Source: Rhizodiscina lignyota (lineage: Eukaryota). Taken from it: a stretch of DNA of 64,000 nucleotides. Positions 12,296 through 27,369 of the stretch are shown here, one piece after another. Both the position numbers and the translations under genes were made by a program. The stretch spans positions 434,001 through 498,000 of the forward strand of contig ML978128.1 of NCBI GenBank assembly GCA_010015805.1, written 5' to 3'. Under the pieces are notes generated by a model. It was not told the DNA's origin and did not search any database. It worked only from the letters and a program-made list of their open reading frames with translations. Within the stretch, counting starts at the first letter, position 1. The number at the start of each line of letters is the position of its first letter.

Positions 12296-13706
12296 CTTCG
12301 CTGAATTGATGCTATGCAGGGAAATGTGTCGCGTTCTAGAATTTTGCAATCATGAGCGGAAATTCTTTTGGCACTTTTTATCTGCCAACAACGTCAGGTA
12401 CCACACTTGGGCTGCTATAACCGCCTGACTCACTCCAAGCTTGTCACTGCGCCGTGTATAACCGACCGCAGCAAGCAGAGCAGCGAGTGCTCAGATTACC
12501 GTCCGCCGTTCAAGGCGGACCTCGCGCCAGTAGCCAAACCGGTACCGTAACGTGGATGACTGTCGCTACCGGTTGAAGGAGGGATGTGCGCGTGCAAATT
12601 GGGGTCGTCGGGGCGTCGCCGACGAGAGCGGAGAACAAAACGGGCGTAGAGGGAGCAGGATACGAGCCCATAGATGTCGTTTCTTGTGTGTGAAGTGTTA
12701 TATAGTGATCACCAGTCGCCGGACCGGTCCAAGAGAGCAATAAGAGGTGAGCGTTTGTTAGTTGGTGAAGGAAGGAGGATTGAGTGGTGGTGAAGGAGGT
12801 GCGAATTCAGACCCAGCGCGCCATTCTATTTATGGAAAAGTCGCCAAGAAACCAATCTCGTCTCCCGTCTGGGGAAAGTGCGGCAGCGGAGCGTCGCGCT
12901 GGTTGAAAACGGCCAACTCCCTGCCGCTCGCCTGGACACTTCGTCGACATCATATTAAAAATTCAAAAAGGGGTAACAAGACGCTGCAGATAATCGTCTC
13001 TCATGCTCACAATATGGTCGACATCATAGTCCAAGTTCTATGGCGCAACCGTCGTACCATGAGCTCCCGGATCCGAATCAAGCCCAAGTGCCGGGACACT
13101 CTGCTCAGCTTACTATTGAGAGCTAGCTCGGTAGACCTAAACGTTAAGCTCGATGGGAGTTGTGAGATAGTGCAACAAATGGGATTTCCGTTGCAATGAT
13201 GTAACCATTGCTGAAAGCTTAGAACGAATATGATTTCCAATTCTTCAGCTTGGGCGGGATTGCCTCTGAAAGATCGAACCACATGTGAACTTCTTTTCTT
13301 CACGAGCAAGGAGACTGTTGCGTAAGGTTGGGGTCGATTATGGTGCAACCTTCTTCACAGCAAGCAAACACAACACTGGAAGATCATAGTACATGCGATA
13401 GTCTATTCTTCATGAAGAGGGAGACCATCTCCATACGCTTAGTTCTGAATACAATCGTCCACTTTTGGAGGGAAGGTGCAGCTTCAGTAAACAATGTTTG
13501 AACCGGCCGAAGGAGCTTTTTATCCCAACCGCCCTTACCCTTCGAATCCGGACAGGAAATCACACCGCTAAAGTACAAATATTAAGCACGGACCCTAAGG
13601 CCGTCGTGAAAACATGTGCAGGAATGACATTGTACACGTCGACTGTATAAGACATTGACAACGCCTGTGAAGCTAGGGAGGCAGCCCTAGATGAACACAG
13701 CAACCC

Positions 13707-16700
13707 TTAAACACCCATCGCGAGACGCTGCGTGACATCTGAGATAGACGTGCGAACAGTGGTGAAGGCACCTTTGATCTGTGGCAGAGAATTGCGGGTC
13801 ATGAGAACGACAATGCAAATCAGGATGGGTAGCTGGAAGTTGAGTCAGCACAATGTAACAGAATGTTTTCCACCATCAGAATAAACTTACCCAGATAACC
13901 CACATCTTCCAGTCACTGACACCCTTCTTCAGCCTCGCCTGATGCGCCAACCTCAACTGTATCTGCTGCTCCTTTGTGATGGCCTTCTTCCCTATGTAGA
14001 CTTTGATGTCCTTGTTGACTATGGCGACTAAACCGGATTTAACTCTTGGACCTGTACCAGCACTTGCACCGTCGAAACGCTGGGCGCAAGTCTCATCTAG
14101 CGCTGCTTCAGCTACAGCCTCAAGGACAGCAGCTTTCTTGGTTTCTGCGGCAGCCGCGGCCTTTGCACTGACAGGGTCTTTCTCCTCGTATGGCGGAGGT
14201 GGTGTGCCCGTAGAGAAAAAGCTGTCCGCTCGAGTGAATGTCGGCATGATAGCGCTAAATCGTCTCACCATCTGCACGTCAGGGATGTTGGGCATGCGGT
14301 TCTGGAGCTCAGATGCATAATGTTGGAAATGGTTGATCTGTTCTACAAGGTGATCTCTCCAAACGGTCATGGCAGCGACGGGAGATGTAGCCAGGGCAGT
14401 CGTCTCTGTGGGCACCGATATAGAAGGACGGCGCGACGAACGACGCGATAGTTGCTGGATTCCGCTGCTACGACGCGAATTGATACGACGAGGATCGGCA
14501 ATGGCCAAGATGTCGTCGTTGTCATCGTCTTCAATCGCTTGAGAATCATCATCACTTTCAGTCACCAGTGAGACACCGCTGCTGTTGGTTGGCGATGGAT
14601 GCATCCAGGTCGTGTCTCCAAAGACGACACTGTTGGCTCTGCTGTGGAAGAGGGGAGTATTGCCAACGCTTTTGGCTTTGATGTGATAGGGAATCTGCTG
14701 TAGCTCGTGCTCAACCTCTGCGGATTTGGCCAGCTCGGTAGCTGTGAAGCCGAGCTTGTTTCTCATATTCGGATCGGCGCCCTTGCGGGTGAGCAGACGC
14801 ACAATGTGGGTATGTCCCGTCATAGCCGCGAGCATCAGAGGTGTGAAACCAGACTTGTCGCGGGTGTCGACCGTCGCTCCACGAGCAACAAGTCCAGCAA
14901 CAAGCCTCGTATAGCCGAGACTGCTCGCAAGGGAGAGCATTGAAGCGCCATTTCGTCGTTTGACGTCAAAATTAGGTGCGTAGGGTGAATCATCAAGGTC
15001 AATAAGATTCAGTACCTCCAAAAGAGCATCCTCGGTCCTTCCAGCAGTACGAGCGATGGCAAGCGCTGCCATTTGCTGCTGAAACTGCTGATAATTTATC
15101 GAGTTGTCCACGCCACCCTGATACGGAGCTTGTGCGCCTACGCTTTGGAGGAAAGCCATTGCGTGGTTCGCATCTATCGAGCCCATCTGTTTTGCGCACA
15201 TGGCTTTTCCAAACATTTCCCAGATTGCTTGCTCTCGATCGTCGATATACTTGAAATACTGTGTTCGTCGCGATGATGGCGGCTGGAAGAAGTTTGATGT
15301 CTCGTTTGGATGCAGCAGCGTGACTTCTACCGGTCCGGCGATGTTTGACGGAGGAAGTACCGCATAAAGAGCGCCTTCATTCCAGAAGGTGGTGGGAGCA
15401 ATCTGATCGCCAAATTTGACCCGCACGCCATTGTAAAGATCGGTCCCATGAATGTCAATTTGAATGCCTCCACTCATTGGGCCTTCGGCAGGATTAATTC
15501 GAGTAATAGTAGCTCGTGGAGCCGGCGCCGTCTCTGGGCTGAATGACATCCCAGTCACCGGTGCGTTGGCCATGTCAGGCACTTGGGTCTGCATCGCTTG
15601 ATTTTGAAACCCTCTTGTCGGAGGCCGAGAATGTGCGATGGGGCTGGGAACCCTGCTTGGATGCGCCGAGTTGGGGGCAGAATAGAACTGATACATCTGC
15701 ATATTTTCTGCGCTCGCCGTCCGATTTATCGGTGTAACAAATCCCGTATTGCTACCAGGGGTGGGCGGCTGTGACTGATATGGGGGAATGTTCAGAGGAG
15801 TGACAGCACCGAACGCCTGATCAGCTCCAGTCAAAACAGGACCTGCTGACATTGGTCCGACACTGGTGGGACCAATGGATGTGGCTGGCGGAACGCTAAC
15901 CTGTTGAGGTCCGCTAACTCGTGTCATAGTAAGTCCTGGAGGTATCTTATGGTGAACAGAGGACCCTTTTCGCTTTTTATTAGGACCGATATGAGCTGTA
16001 GGAGATGCTGGGCGGGAGAGGTTGCGTGGAGTGACAGAAGTCGAGACACTTTGAGGTATCATTCCTTGGTTCTGTGCGGTTGTCATGCCTGAGAACGCTT
16101 GCGGTGGGAAGTTCGCTCTCAATGCCTGAAGGTCGTTCACTGAATGATATGGTCGATGTTGGAAGGATGACTGGGGCATGTCTTGAGTGAACATAGGCAT
16201 TCCAGCTAATGGATAACCTTCGACAGCAGATAGGCCATTCGCGCCGGCAATAGGGGCTTGAGTCTTGTGATCGTCTGTGATAAGGATCGAATCCGAGATG
16301 CTCTGGGCGACAACGCGATCTTGGTGGTCCTTAAGGGTGAAGATGACCCTAGAAAATTGGTTAGATCGATCTATTTGATCCAAAGTTCTTGTATGAACAT
16401 CCTTACTGAAAGCCTGTCTTCTCCCCTTGGTGCCTACAGTAGCAAGCGATCCGCATCGGCATTTCGACTTGCATCGCGCCATCTAGGTAGGTTCCATCAC
16501 TGAACCCATCTCTGGGAACATAAGGACTCCAATCCTTGTATTCAGCTGTGTTGAATACAACGATGCGATCCTGCTCAAATTGGGACCAGTGATCCTCGTC
16601 CTCTTGCTTCTTTGCTTTCTTCCTTGCAGCTCGCTTTCGCTCACGGTTGACACAGTTCCTGCAAATCTTGACCTCCCCTCCATTCAGGGGCTCATTGGGG

Positions 16701-18076
16701 TCAGTTTCCTCTTCATCGATATCTCCAGTCGAAGAACGACGAGCCTCGCGTTTTATGGGTAAATCTGGCAAGCCGGCTGCTCGCCGGAAAGCTCGCTCCT
16801 TGAGGTGTGGCTTTTGCATTGCGCTTGTGCAAAAGACCGAAGCGTGAAGCTCAAGAGTATCTGCCATCTTCACCGGGTCCTTTGCGAGTAGCTTTGGCTT
16901 AGAAATGGTCTGTGACTGTAGATGGATTTTGGTAATGCTTTGCGGAAATGGATGCATGATGAGTGTTACTGGGATTTGAGTTTCTACACGGGACTTGTTG
17001 TTGACCGGTCGGACCGTCAAGTTATAAGGCAACTTCTTGAGGCTTGCTTGGATAGTCATCGGGGAATTAACAGCGTCAGCGGCCGGGGAGGGACTCAATC
17101 CGGCCAGACCACCGGAAGTAAAATTATTGCTCCATGCAGGGCTGCCTGTGTGACTCTGCCACATTGTGCCGTCAAGTGCCATGCCATTGACGGTCGCTGG
17201 AGACTCATGTGTAAACATTGCTGTAGGTGATGCTTGTTCGCTGGTGCCCATGGCATCGAGAGGAGAGTTATCGCGGGATTGGAGGAAGAATTTTGCAGGT
17301 TGTCGATCGGAAGAAGTAGTCTAGTTTCATTTTAGTAGTTGCATTCAATCAGAGGCCACAAGCGGACATACAACTGGAAGGTTCGGAACCCCAAGCGTTC
17401 GTGGAGTATTCAACGCATCGAAGGTACTGTTGTCCATCGTGGGGTGAAAGCCTCCCGGGCTGCTGGCAGCACTGTCGAAATCGAACAAATTGCTCGTAGT
17501 CATGGCGGTGCTTATGTTGTCCACGTCCTGCCCGAGAGCAATAGAATCAGGCGTTATACCGGTGCCCATAGAGAACCCCGAGTCGTGAATAGCATGTTTG
17601 CCGCCGGCCCCAGCCGGCCTCTTTGCACCATTCTGCGGTGACAAGCTCGGCGGGCCATCGCCCCGGGACAGCGACGTAGTTTTGGTATTGGCTGTATCTT
17701 GCGACGTAGGAGATTTTCTCTTTCTGCGGTTTGATGATTGGGAAGACGCGGCTGACTCACTGGAACTTTCAGGCGAAGTCGAGGATTGGTTCGAGCGCGG
17801 CTTCATGGTGTCGTGGCCGTGCTTGGTCATGATCGCTGTGACAGAGCTATCATTCCGTGGAGCACCAAATCTGCCTGGAGAATCCATCATCCATGAAGGT
17901 GTGGTATTAAATTGGAAGGGCGACGAACCCATCCCATCGCCATAGCCATTATTGAAGAGGGGGTCATTGCTGAGAGGATTGTCGTCGCCGAACGGCAGGT
18001 CTGTGGAATTGAACGACCCGTTGGCTTCCAAGTCGGCCATCATGTCCGAGTTAAACGCCATGTCCTCAGACTCCAT
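13707..18076 (-). CDS. SPT23/MGA2: Membrane-tethered transcription factor SPT23/MGA2 homolog; introns 17371-17321, 16406-16349, 13890-13833
   Basis: KSRVETQIP, RERKRAARKK, RIACYCRHQ DNA-binding region; IPT/TIG domain (INPAEGPMSGG); ankyrin repeats; PPPPY motif; C-terminal TM WVIWLPILICIVVLM. Confidence 0.93.
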
Positions 18077-20254
18077 CTTGATGGCGGTAGGTGGTGATGG
18101 AGTCGAGTGCGGTGGAGGTAAGCGAGTGCTGCTTGCTCGCCGCTGTGGCGTGCCGTCCGGTGACCGTTCGCCGGTCGCGCGTGTCGCAACGTGGAGCTGG
18201 TCAGCGCCGGGCGAAGGATAATGGTGGCTCTACGATCAAATGGGTCTGTTGAACTCCATGAGGCTGCTGGGCGGTCTGCGTCGGAGGATGAGGTGAGGAT
18301 GGAGGGGGCAGGCCAGACTTTGAGTGTGTGAAGAAGGTGCGTGGAGAGGCTGCTTCGTCTTCCCCGCAACCTGACTCGATGCACGGCGCTAGGCAAGTTA
18401 TGGGACAGATCTGCACAGACGCTAAGCTGCCGAATAATTATGATGGAATTTGTACGCGTCTGCTTGACTTTGGACGGTGCGCGTGTGGAGGGAATTCAAG
18501 ACGTGTCCTTTGCGAGAAGAGTCTGAAGCTGTCGCATGGTGGGCGCTGAACTGCACCTGCCAGCCATCGAACGATCCTCTTCCTCGTCACGGGAGGAGCT
18601 AGCTGCTGCACACCCCAGTTTGCAATTCAAGGTTCGTAATATGAGGATGTACAGGTACAACTACGTCCAAGAGCATCACTCCGATTTCAGGTTAGGATGG
18701 CCATGATTTGTACCGCCTTAGTGCGATATTGCATCATCTCGGCCCGACAAACTATCCCACGTGTAAACAGGTGGAAGACGCCTCCACTGGCCAAACAGCT
18801 CATTTCACCAATTCGTCGCCGAGTAGAGGATACCAAAGAGGACCTTGTCGATATGCGAGCGAGCATCATGGGACATTCAGCAGATTCAGCAGATTCAGTG
18901 CTTTCATCCTTCACACGAGCAGGCGCACAGCAGAGTCCAAGGTAATATCAATCGTGGATGGTGCTCCTTTCTGAAATATGGTCCGACCTGTTCTTTCCCT
19001 GCCGTCAGCTTCGCTATAATGTGTACAGTTGTATGTTCATCTTTATCACGCAGTCTCTACGTGGAAGTCCTGGTACATCTCATATTGCGGCATAAGCCTT
19101 TCCGTCCGGCCCATCCCGATCTCCAGGTAGCATACGGAGTAGGGCACACAGTGGCTTCGAGAGGAGAACGGCAGAAGTTGAGGCAAATTTACTACACCAT
19201 ATTCGCGCTTCCCTTTCCGCTCCCGCCACAATATGCAAGACCTGCGTTTTTCCAACGGCTATCATAAACCCTGTTCCAGTGCCATGCAGGGTGCATACCG
19301 GCATTGGCCATTGTTGATATCAGAAGGCGTATTTTCCACTTCCGGAGTCGTATTGCAAAGCTTCGCGTTACATAAACGTACGCCCCGTCGCCTTGTCGTG
19401 TTCATCTCGTGGATAAAATTGACAGAGTACGAGATGAGATCAGTCGATTTAGCCAGCAGTTCTGATTAAAAACCCTCAATCAGGGCAAGAGGTCTCCCGG
19501 CACGTTCAGCTTGGCCCTGGCACGCACCTCGTCCGTAAGCGTGAGGAAGCAAGAACTTCACTCTAATCGGCATGCCGTGGCGGCTCTCGCTCGCCAGGCT
19601 TGCGTCCGATATGCAGCCACTCGCCCACTGGTGCACAATTTTCGCCTCACTCATGTCATGGAAGAAAGATTTGCAGAGATTGCCCAGCTGTCGTTGATCG
19701 TCTGCGCCGGGGACGATTCCGCTGCCACCTTCCGGTGGGATAGCGCGGCGAGTCGGCTTCTTGACCGTCTACATAGTTGACGCGTTTCAGCAACGGGTTC
19801 CGTGTCTGCAAAGGAGAGTCCCGATTTTACCCCAGACAGTTCCTTGCCGGACTCATTTCCACCAAAGACTAAATTTTGCGTGCGCGTCGTCCCGCATCGA
19901 CCCGCAATTCCTCGGTGAAGCGCGCAGAAGTTTGATATCGTTCTCCACGCCAGCATTCACGGCAAGAACGACGGCCCCAATTAAAACGAACTTCAGCTCT
20001 GGAATCTCAAAGTCGTTTACGAGTAGATCATAATACATACGACGGGAGTGGGTATATCATAGCTCAAAACAAAAGATGCTTAAAAATCCTAAGGCCAAGA
20101 AAAAAAGCGTAATGCAGAACGAGGCAAGCTCACGACGGCCACCACTCACCCGAATCAGAAGTTCTCGACTCCAAGACGCGTTTCAGGTCTCCCTTGAGAT
20201 CTACCCAAGGTCGCATCATCTCGCTACACCCAGTCAACTAGGTGCAGATCGACT

Positions 20255-21560
20255 TCAAACCATCTCCTGAGCGCTATGAGCTCCAGGCTGCTTTGATTGA
20301 TCCGCCCCTTCATAGTTGGCATCTTTTGTCCCTTCCGATATCCCAGAAGGCTGAGTATCCTTCTTCGGTCGGCTCCGCGAGAACATCTCTTTCCTCTGCC
20401 TCTTCTTCTCCTCCTTTTCAGCCTTCTGTCTCGCCACGTAAGCCTCGAGTTCCGCTGGTTCCCATTCCCAGTAGCGATTCTTATTGTCGTGGCCCATAAA
20501 GAGACCAACGATGTCGCAGGCGTCAAAGATCTTCAGAAGCACTGGACGTGTATCTTCCCATCCAGGCCCCACTCGCTCCACGCCGTCAACGCCGAGGAAG
20601 GTCCTTGTTCCAGCAGGCAAATAGCGTCCAGGGTGCCAGATATTGAGCATTACCGTATTAATAAACATTAGTGTTGCCTCAAAGACCCAAAAATACCATT
20701 CTGTGTCGTAGATTTCGCCAGTATACCCTTGGAAAAACTCGACAATTCGATAGATGCAGCGTGCCGTAATCAGCAGGCAGGAAGCGTACATGACGTACAG
20801 AACGGTATTGAGATTCTTGTTCAAGATGTTCTTCTTGCGGCATGCGTGCTGGAAGCGGAGACCTATGACGATGAAGACGATGAAGAACACCGCCTGTATG
20901 ATCAAGGCGGATTTGGTCAAATCCTCTCCGACCTGCCGGAAGTGAGGCGGCGCAGATGTATTTGCCATGCGGCTTGCGCCGTTGCCAATGAGGATCTCAA
21001 TCAGCGAATCGATGCCGAGGAAAGTGACGAGGACGCGAACGGGATGAATTGGACTCATGTACGGGACGTAGTAGAGGCATCGACAAAAGACAATGTAGTT
21101 GATGGCTGCGTACACAGGCCTGGATAGCGGTTAGTCTCTGTGATAGCTTGGGAAAGCGAAACATGGGACATACGGGCCGGACATGATAAGGACAATGCTT
21201 GCGATGAGTAGACCAACATTGCTATCATCGTGTGCGCCCGCCTCGCGGACCGCAAATCCAGCCGTCATTAGTATAGCTGCCCATGGCAGAAATGGAGTGA
21301 TCTTCCAGGACTTGTATCGACTGGGAGAGCGTCAGCAGGCTAAACGGACCATAGTTCGGCATTAGTTAACATACAAGTTCTGGTAGAAATGAACGACGCC
21401 AGAGAGAAAGAAGAGGACTGTAAACGCGATTGGTGCTGCCTTATTCGGAGCATACCAGTAAACGCTTCCAGGAGCTGTGCGCAATTAGACTCTGCAAACA
21501 GTCATTCGTGCCGGTGCTTCTCGTACCGTAAGGGTCTTTGCGAGGAACGAGTTCGTTCAT
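20255..21560 (-). CDS. RTA1-like (Rsb1/Rta1 lipid-translocating exporter family) multi-TM protein; three introns
   Basis: YWYAPNKAA, PPVYAAINYIVFCR, RCIYRIVEF.QG, EWYFWVFEA.LM, WHPGRYLP are typical RTA1 motifs. Confidence 0.9.
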
Positions 21561-22354
21561 TGTAAGAGAGAGCACTTGTAGGTTCAATCAGGGATGTTCA
21601 GTGGTCTCTGGTTAAGTTGAAGAAGAACGCAGATATATAGGTTAGGCATGAAGACCAAGCGGTAAGGCGCATTCCGAAGGGGGGAGAGATGTTTAGGAGA
21701 CAGAAGGTACGAGACAAAAGTAAATATCAATCAATTGGACGCGTAAGATGAAGTTGAAGCCACTTATACCAATTTCAAAATTGTATGCAAAACTCAGGGC
21801 ATCAGGCAGATATTGGGTTTGGCATTTGTCTCGCGACTCATGTTGTTGGCTTGGGCGAGGCATTTTTCAGGAAACAAGGCTGAAAGGCACCTCCAATCTT
21901 TCGCAAGCTATACCCAATATAGCAGCATTCTACCGCGATTCATTGATTAGCCTATCAGGGTAGGCCTTGCGACTCTTGTGACTCCGTTTTCGCAGTGCCA
22001 TCAAAGACCCTTAAGCTCCAGAGACCACATGATGCAGGCAGATTCGACGCTCCAGTCGTAAAATGGCGCGCCATTAATTGGAAGGGCCAAGAGCGAGAAT
22101 CAGTGCGCAAAAGTGGCTCATCAGTCAGATCGTCGGCCGGAGAGATTTATGCCGAAACCAGATCAGTCACGTGATCTACTCTCCGCCAAGCCATGTGAGA
22201 GTTCCAACATCGTCCAAGGGCGCTCACAATATCGCATCGCACGGCGCATGGAATGCCGCACCAAAGAAGAGGGAGTTCTCAAGGATACTGGGCATGATAA
22301 TTCTGTGCAGGCACAAGACGCCTCGCTTTCGTATGGCTCACAGAACCGACGAAG

Positions 22355-25300
22355 ATGGACGGACCGTCGAATTCAAGCTCTTCAAAAGTCACGGGTGAGC
22401 CTGCCCTGAGAGCGCAACAAGTGTTAATTGAGCTAATTTCAACGCAAAGTGGAATACCATGATCCCGCAGGAGTCTTTCCACTTTTGTCTGCGCAGCTGC
22501 AGGCCAGGTTACCCCTCCGTAACCTGCATTGGAAGTCTCCCTCTCGACCCCTGCGATCTATAGATTCGCTTCATGTGGAGTTGGTGCCAAGCCAGGATGG
22601 AGTTGACCTTAGTGCAAGACCTTCAACAGCTGCATCACAGGAAAGCTTGAGTAGTCAAGACCCGCACCGTAGTTCGCAAGCTCTGGATGGCCAGGTAGAT
22701 CGTCCAGGCTCAGGGCTCCCATCGTTTCGGTCCTTTCACAAAGGGCGCCGCCATCAAATTCCTGGATTGAGGAGGACGCCATATCTCAAGGTATATCTGC
22801 TGAGGTGCGACGACAGCGAGACCTACAAGAACATTGCACGCAAGGAAATTCGGGAATGGATTCGCGAAAATACGCCGTCGCATCATTCAGGGGGTGCAAG
22901 CTCTCAGGAACAACATGATGCCTACGAATGGCTCATATTGCACGTTGTCATTCCCGGTACATATGCAGCTGCTCAACCGCGTTTCAGTGGTTCCACAAGC
23001 AGCAGCACAGGAACGGCAAAGGACCGATCAAACACCACCCGGTGGCCTGGCGGAAAGTCTACGACTGTCTTTGAGAAGATAAGGTCTGACTTTAACTCAT
23101 CAAGTAACTCTGCGCCGGATCGTGTAGCGCAGATCCGTATTCAAAACGAAGAGTTGCCTCGACATCTCCAGTTTCCGGGTTCTTCAGCAAGTTTTCCTGC
23201 ATACCAGGAAACTCCCCAGGAACAAAATAGCGCATGGACAGATCTGGTTGCAAAGTTCAAGACACTAATCTTGCTCTCATTTAATCTGCGCGTTAGCCAG
23301 TATGAGGAAGATATCCGAGAAAAGGATGCACAGCGCTCTCTACCAGGATGGAATTTCTGTACTTTTTTTGTTCTGAAAGAAGGTCTAGCTCACAGCTTCG
23401 AAGGCGTTGGTCTCGTTGAAGATGCCCTGGTTATCTATGACGAGCTGTCTATTGGTCTCGATACCGTGATTAGAGACAAGGCCGTAGGCACCTCGCAGAC
23501 TGACGCTACGACATTGTTACCCTCTACCGAAGAACTCAAACAACATTTGCTGAATCTACTGGATTCTGACGAGCTTCCGGGCAAACTTCAACTGCTGATG
23601 AAGAAACCAATCGATGAAGGGAACAAGAATTACAGAGGGCTCATTCTGGCGAGCAACATCTCAATATTCGATTTCAAATGCTACCTGTTTGCACGGCAGA
23701 TGTTGTTGCTTCTGCGGCTAGGGAGAAACATCTTTGACGCTCGGCAAACATCGCGCAAATCCCAGGAGGCCAGGAGACACTCAATTGATGGAGCAGACAA
23801 AAGGCTATCGGCGGAACTGTCTAATGAAGTGAACCTAGGTCCCTTGGCTGAAATCTGTCGAAGGGCGCTTTCATTTGCCACAGAAACAGCCCGTGTGCTG
23901 CGAGATGACCTTGGTGTGGGAGGGGACGAGGGCCGCTTTTCGACCGATGCAAAGGAGAACTTCATCGCATCCTGGATAGCGGCTGTCGTTGATCAAATTC
24001 TTACTGAAACCACGTCGCCATCTCTATCTGCACAGACCAATCGTGCGCCCCCTTCGCCGCTCAAGATTCCTCGTGCCAGGAAGACGACGGGAGAACCTCT
24101 GTCTACTGGTGCTGATTCGAAGTCGCATCCGGCCCGTTCAAGCTCGCTTTCATTCCGTCCAACGTCTCTCGTCGAACCACTTAGCAATCAAGCAAGTGGG
24201 CAGCCAAACGACGCTTGGCCAAAACGAATGTCCAGTGAAAACGAGCGACCGGGAGATCCACCAACACGGTTTGGTCTCCTCGAACTAGCTACTCACAGAG
24301 CGGAATTGAAGCTTTTGGAACGGCGGACGTTGGAGAAGCTCGGCAGCAAGTGCGGTTGGCAGGTCGGCTGGTCTACGCTCGAAAACGCAATCCCTAACCG
24401 CGCAAATGGTTTCCATGAGGTCAAAATAGAAGCAGATGATTCGACGTCGTCTGAAGACCATATTAATGAGCAGATCAAGTTCAAGATGATAGAAGGCCTC
24501 TGCCACGCTAAATTCTTGCAAGGACTCTCATCATTGGACGAATTTCAAAAGTTGTACGAATCCCTTAGCGACGATACGGTCAAACTATATCAAATCGCGG
24601 GACAGGCGCGTGCAGCAGAGAAGACTTTGGGGGATTTGGCGATTGTCAAATATGACTTGGGCGACTTTGCAGGAGCCGCGTCCTTCTTTGCTCGAGTTAC
24701 GCCACTATACTCGGAAAGCAATTGGAATAAAGTTGAGGTTGCCATGCTGCGCATGCATGCGCAGTGCCTGAAAGCTCTGAATCGTAAAGATGAGTACCTA
24801 CGACTACTGCTCATGATCCTCAGCAAAGCAGCCGCCCACACCAGATCCGCAACAATACCAAGAGGCATGAAGATTTCAAGTCCCGGGATGCGAAAAGCAT
24901 TGCATACGAGTCGATCGTGGCTTGATGACGATGACGTACCTTCTCGAGACCTTCTTACGGAACTGGTAGAATATTCAGAAGAGCTTCCGTATGACGTGTC
25001 TGTCTCCATGGACACGTTCTTCGCCAACATTACTGTCGAACCGTATGTGGTCCACTACGATGATCGAGACGGGTTCCGACTGCTTCTTAAATTTCGGCAT
25101 TTACTTGATGATGACCTCACCCTCACTTCAGTATCCCTGAAGCTCGTAGGTACCACGGCGGAACAGAAGAAAGACATCTTCCTAACCAGCGACGGTTTTG
25201 TCGAGGTCGAGAAGGGTATAGCTAAGTGCTGGCTGCACACAAACGTAAGTCGCTCATCAATCCCGATGTACAGTACTAATATATACAGGTCACAACATAC

Positions 25301-27149
25301 GGATCGTTTGTTGTTGAGCAAATCGCCCTTAAGGCTAAGAAGATCTTGTTCATACATGAACCTCTTAGCAAGACCGAAGCCCCTAATCCACTTGCATCAT
25401 CATCCGGACCCCCTCCTCTGGAGAGTGTAGTAGCTGCAAAACGCACTCCAATCTTTTGCTTTCCGCGTACGGAGTCTTTTGACGCCATCATACACTTGTC
25501 TCGCTCCATACACATCGATAGAACCCGATCTATTGAAATCGAGTGCAATACAGGCTGGAACGAAGCTGAATCTCTAGAGCTGCGACTTCGTGCTGCGTCT
25601 GCGGGACTGCGGCTTCATACCAGCAATGCAATAGTTATTGAAGGAGATGTCGACCTCGTCAAGGCCGATAAGCCTCGACCGGGCATTGTTGGACTTGCAA
25701 ACGTACCTTCAAACGTCAAGTTCAAGATTCGGATCCCTTTCGAAGTCGAGTCTCACACAAGTGACATTCTCATCCGAATTGACGCCGAGTACAAAACCGG
25801 CAATGGCGTCTTTCAGTTCTTTTCACACGCGAAGATACCCATTGATTTGCCTCTCGACGTCAACGTGCAAGATAGCTTCAAGCCATTTGCTCTCTTCTCT
25901 ACCTTCAATATCAAGACCTCCAACCAGAAGCCACTTCGACTCTTGAGTGCTGGACTGGGTGAAACAAGCCTGCTTTCTGTACAGGGCCCAATGGGCGGAC
26001 GTTGGCCACGGATCGTGTTTCCAAAAAAGGCGATGAGCCTCCAATTCATCATAAGGAAAAAGAGCCCCGGTCAAAGCAAAGAAAAGGAGCCATTGCCATT
26101 GGACTTGTCCTATCAATGTCTGGACGAACAAGTAGAAGCAATTGCGCAATCATCTTTTGCAAAAAGCGTCACTAACGGCGAGTTTGCGCCCTTACGCCGC
26201 TTGCTCGTACCCTCTTTCGTTGAGAGGCTGATGCACGGCATTGAGCCAGAAGAATTCACGCAAGTGGCTTACCGAGATGAAGTCTCAATTCCTCCCTTCG
26301 AGGATTTCTCATGGGATGAAGTCCTTGACGCCGTGCCAAGCTCATCAAAAGATTCTCTCCAAAAGTGGCTTGAGCAGTGGCACGAGGTATATCCAAGAAC
26401 CCATATATGCCCCTCAGACATGTCCTAACGCGCTCTAGGACCATCCCAAACTCCTTATTGGAAATATCAATAAGTGGACTGAGCTACAACAGCTCCACGG
26501 TTACCCCAACAGGTTTGCCCCTGTAGACTCATCCCACACAACTCGCCAAATTACGATATCGGTGTCCGTTCCAACGGTCCACGTGATACCCACCGCATCT
26601 TTAGCAATCAAAGACTACCATCGCGACTATCTTCCAACAGACACTGTCTGGCCGCTTGGTGAAGCGAAATCAGCCAACCTTACTATCTCACATACCCGAG
26701 TGTGGTGCGATCCCAACGATCTTAAAGATGTCGCTTCTCTGGGCAGTGCCGACGAACCGATGCAGTTCGTCTACGAGGTCGACGCAAACCCCGACTTGTG
26801 GCTTGTTGGTGGGCCAAAGAGAGGCACCTTCTGGCAGCGCGAAGGCGAGGATCAGAAAGAGACCTTTGAGCTACTGCTTATCCCGCTTCGCAAAGGTGAC
26901 TGGGCATACCCAGCCGTTGACGTTCGGCCTGTGCAACCTGGAAGCGCACAGCGTGGAGGAAACCAGGGCCAGGGGCACGAGCGCGATGGTGAAGAGGACA
27001 AGGCGATCAGCTGTGAGTGTTATTACGAGGATGCGTTTCAGCGCGTCTTGGTTGTGCCAGATGTGAAAAGTACCACAGTTGGGCTTGTGAAAGGAGGGGG
27101 TACGATTTTAATGGAGACTATTGGCACAGAAGACGCAGTAGAGATGTAG
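22355..27149 (+). CDS. TRS130: TRAPP II complex subunit Trs130 / TRAPPC10; introns 22395-22449, 25245-25288, 26387-26438
   Basis: SSKVTVEYHDP, PLRNLHWKSPSRPLRSI, RRHQIPGLRRTPYLK, QRSLPGWNFCTFFVLKEGLA and C-terminal WLVGG..LLLIPLRKG; all three introns restore frame. Confidence 0.92.
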
Positions 27150-27369
27150 TCACTTTTACTATTTCGTCTATGCATCAATCTTCCAGAAAGGGTTTTCCCT
27201 CTTCTAGCATTTCCGACAATTCCGTGAACCATGCATCATGTGGAGCGGCCCAAGCCCTCGAGTTGAGGACATATAACCCAGATCTAGCAAAATTGTAAAA
27301 TTTACAGCGAAATTCAATTGTTCACCCTATTTGCACTCACAGAAGTCCGGTCCTGTCTTGCCCTCTGCA

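Noticed and set aside
18874..18898. CAGATTCAG short tandem repeat
   Set aside because: Under three copies; ordinary slippage repeat.
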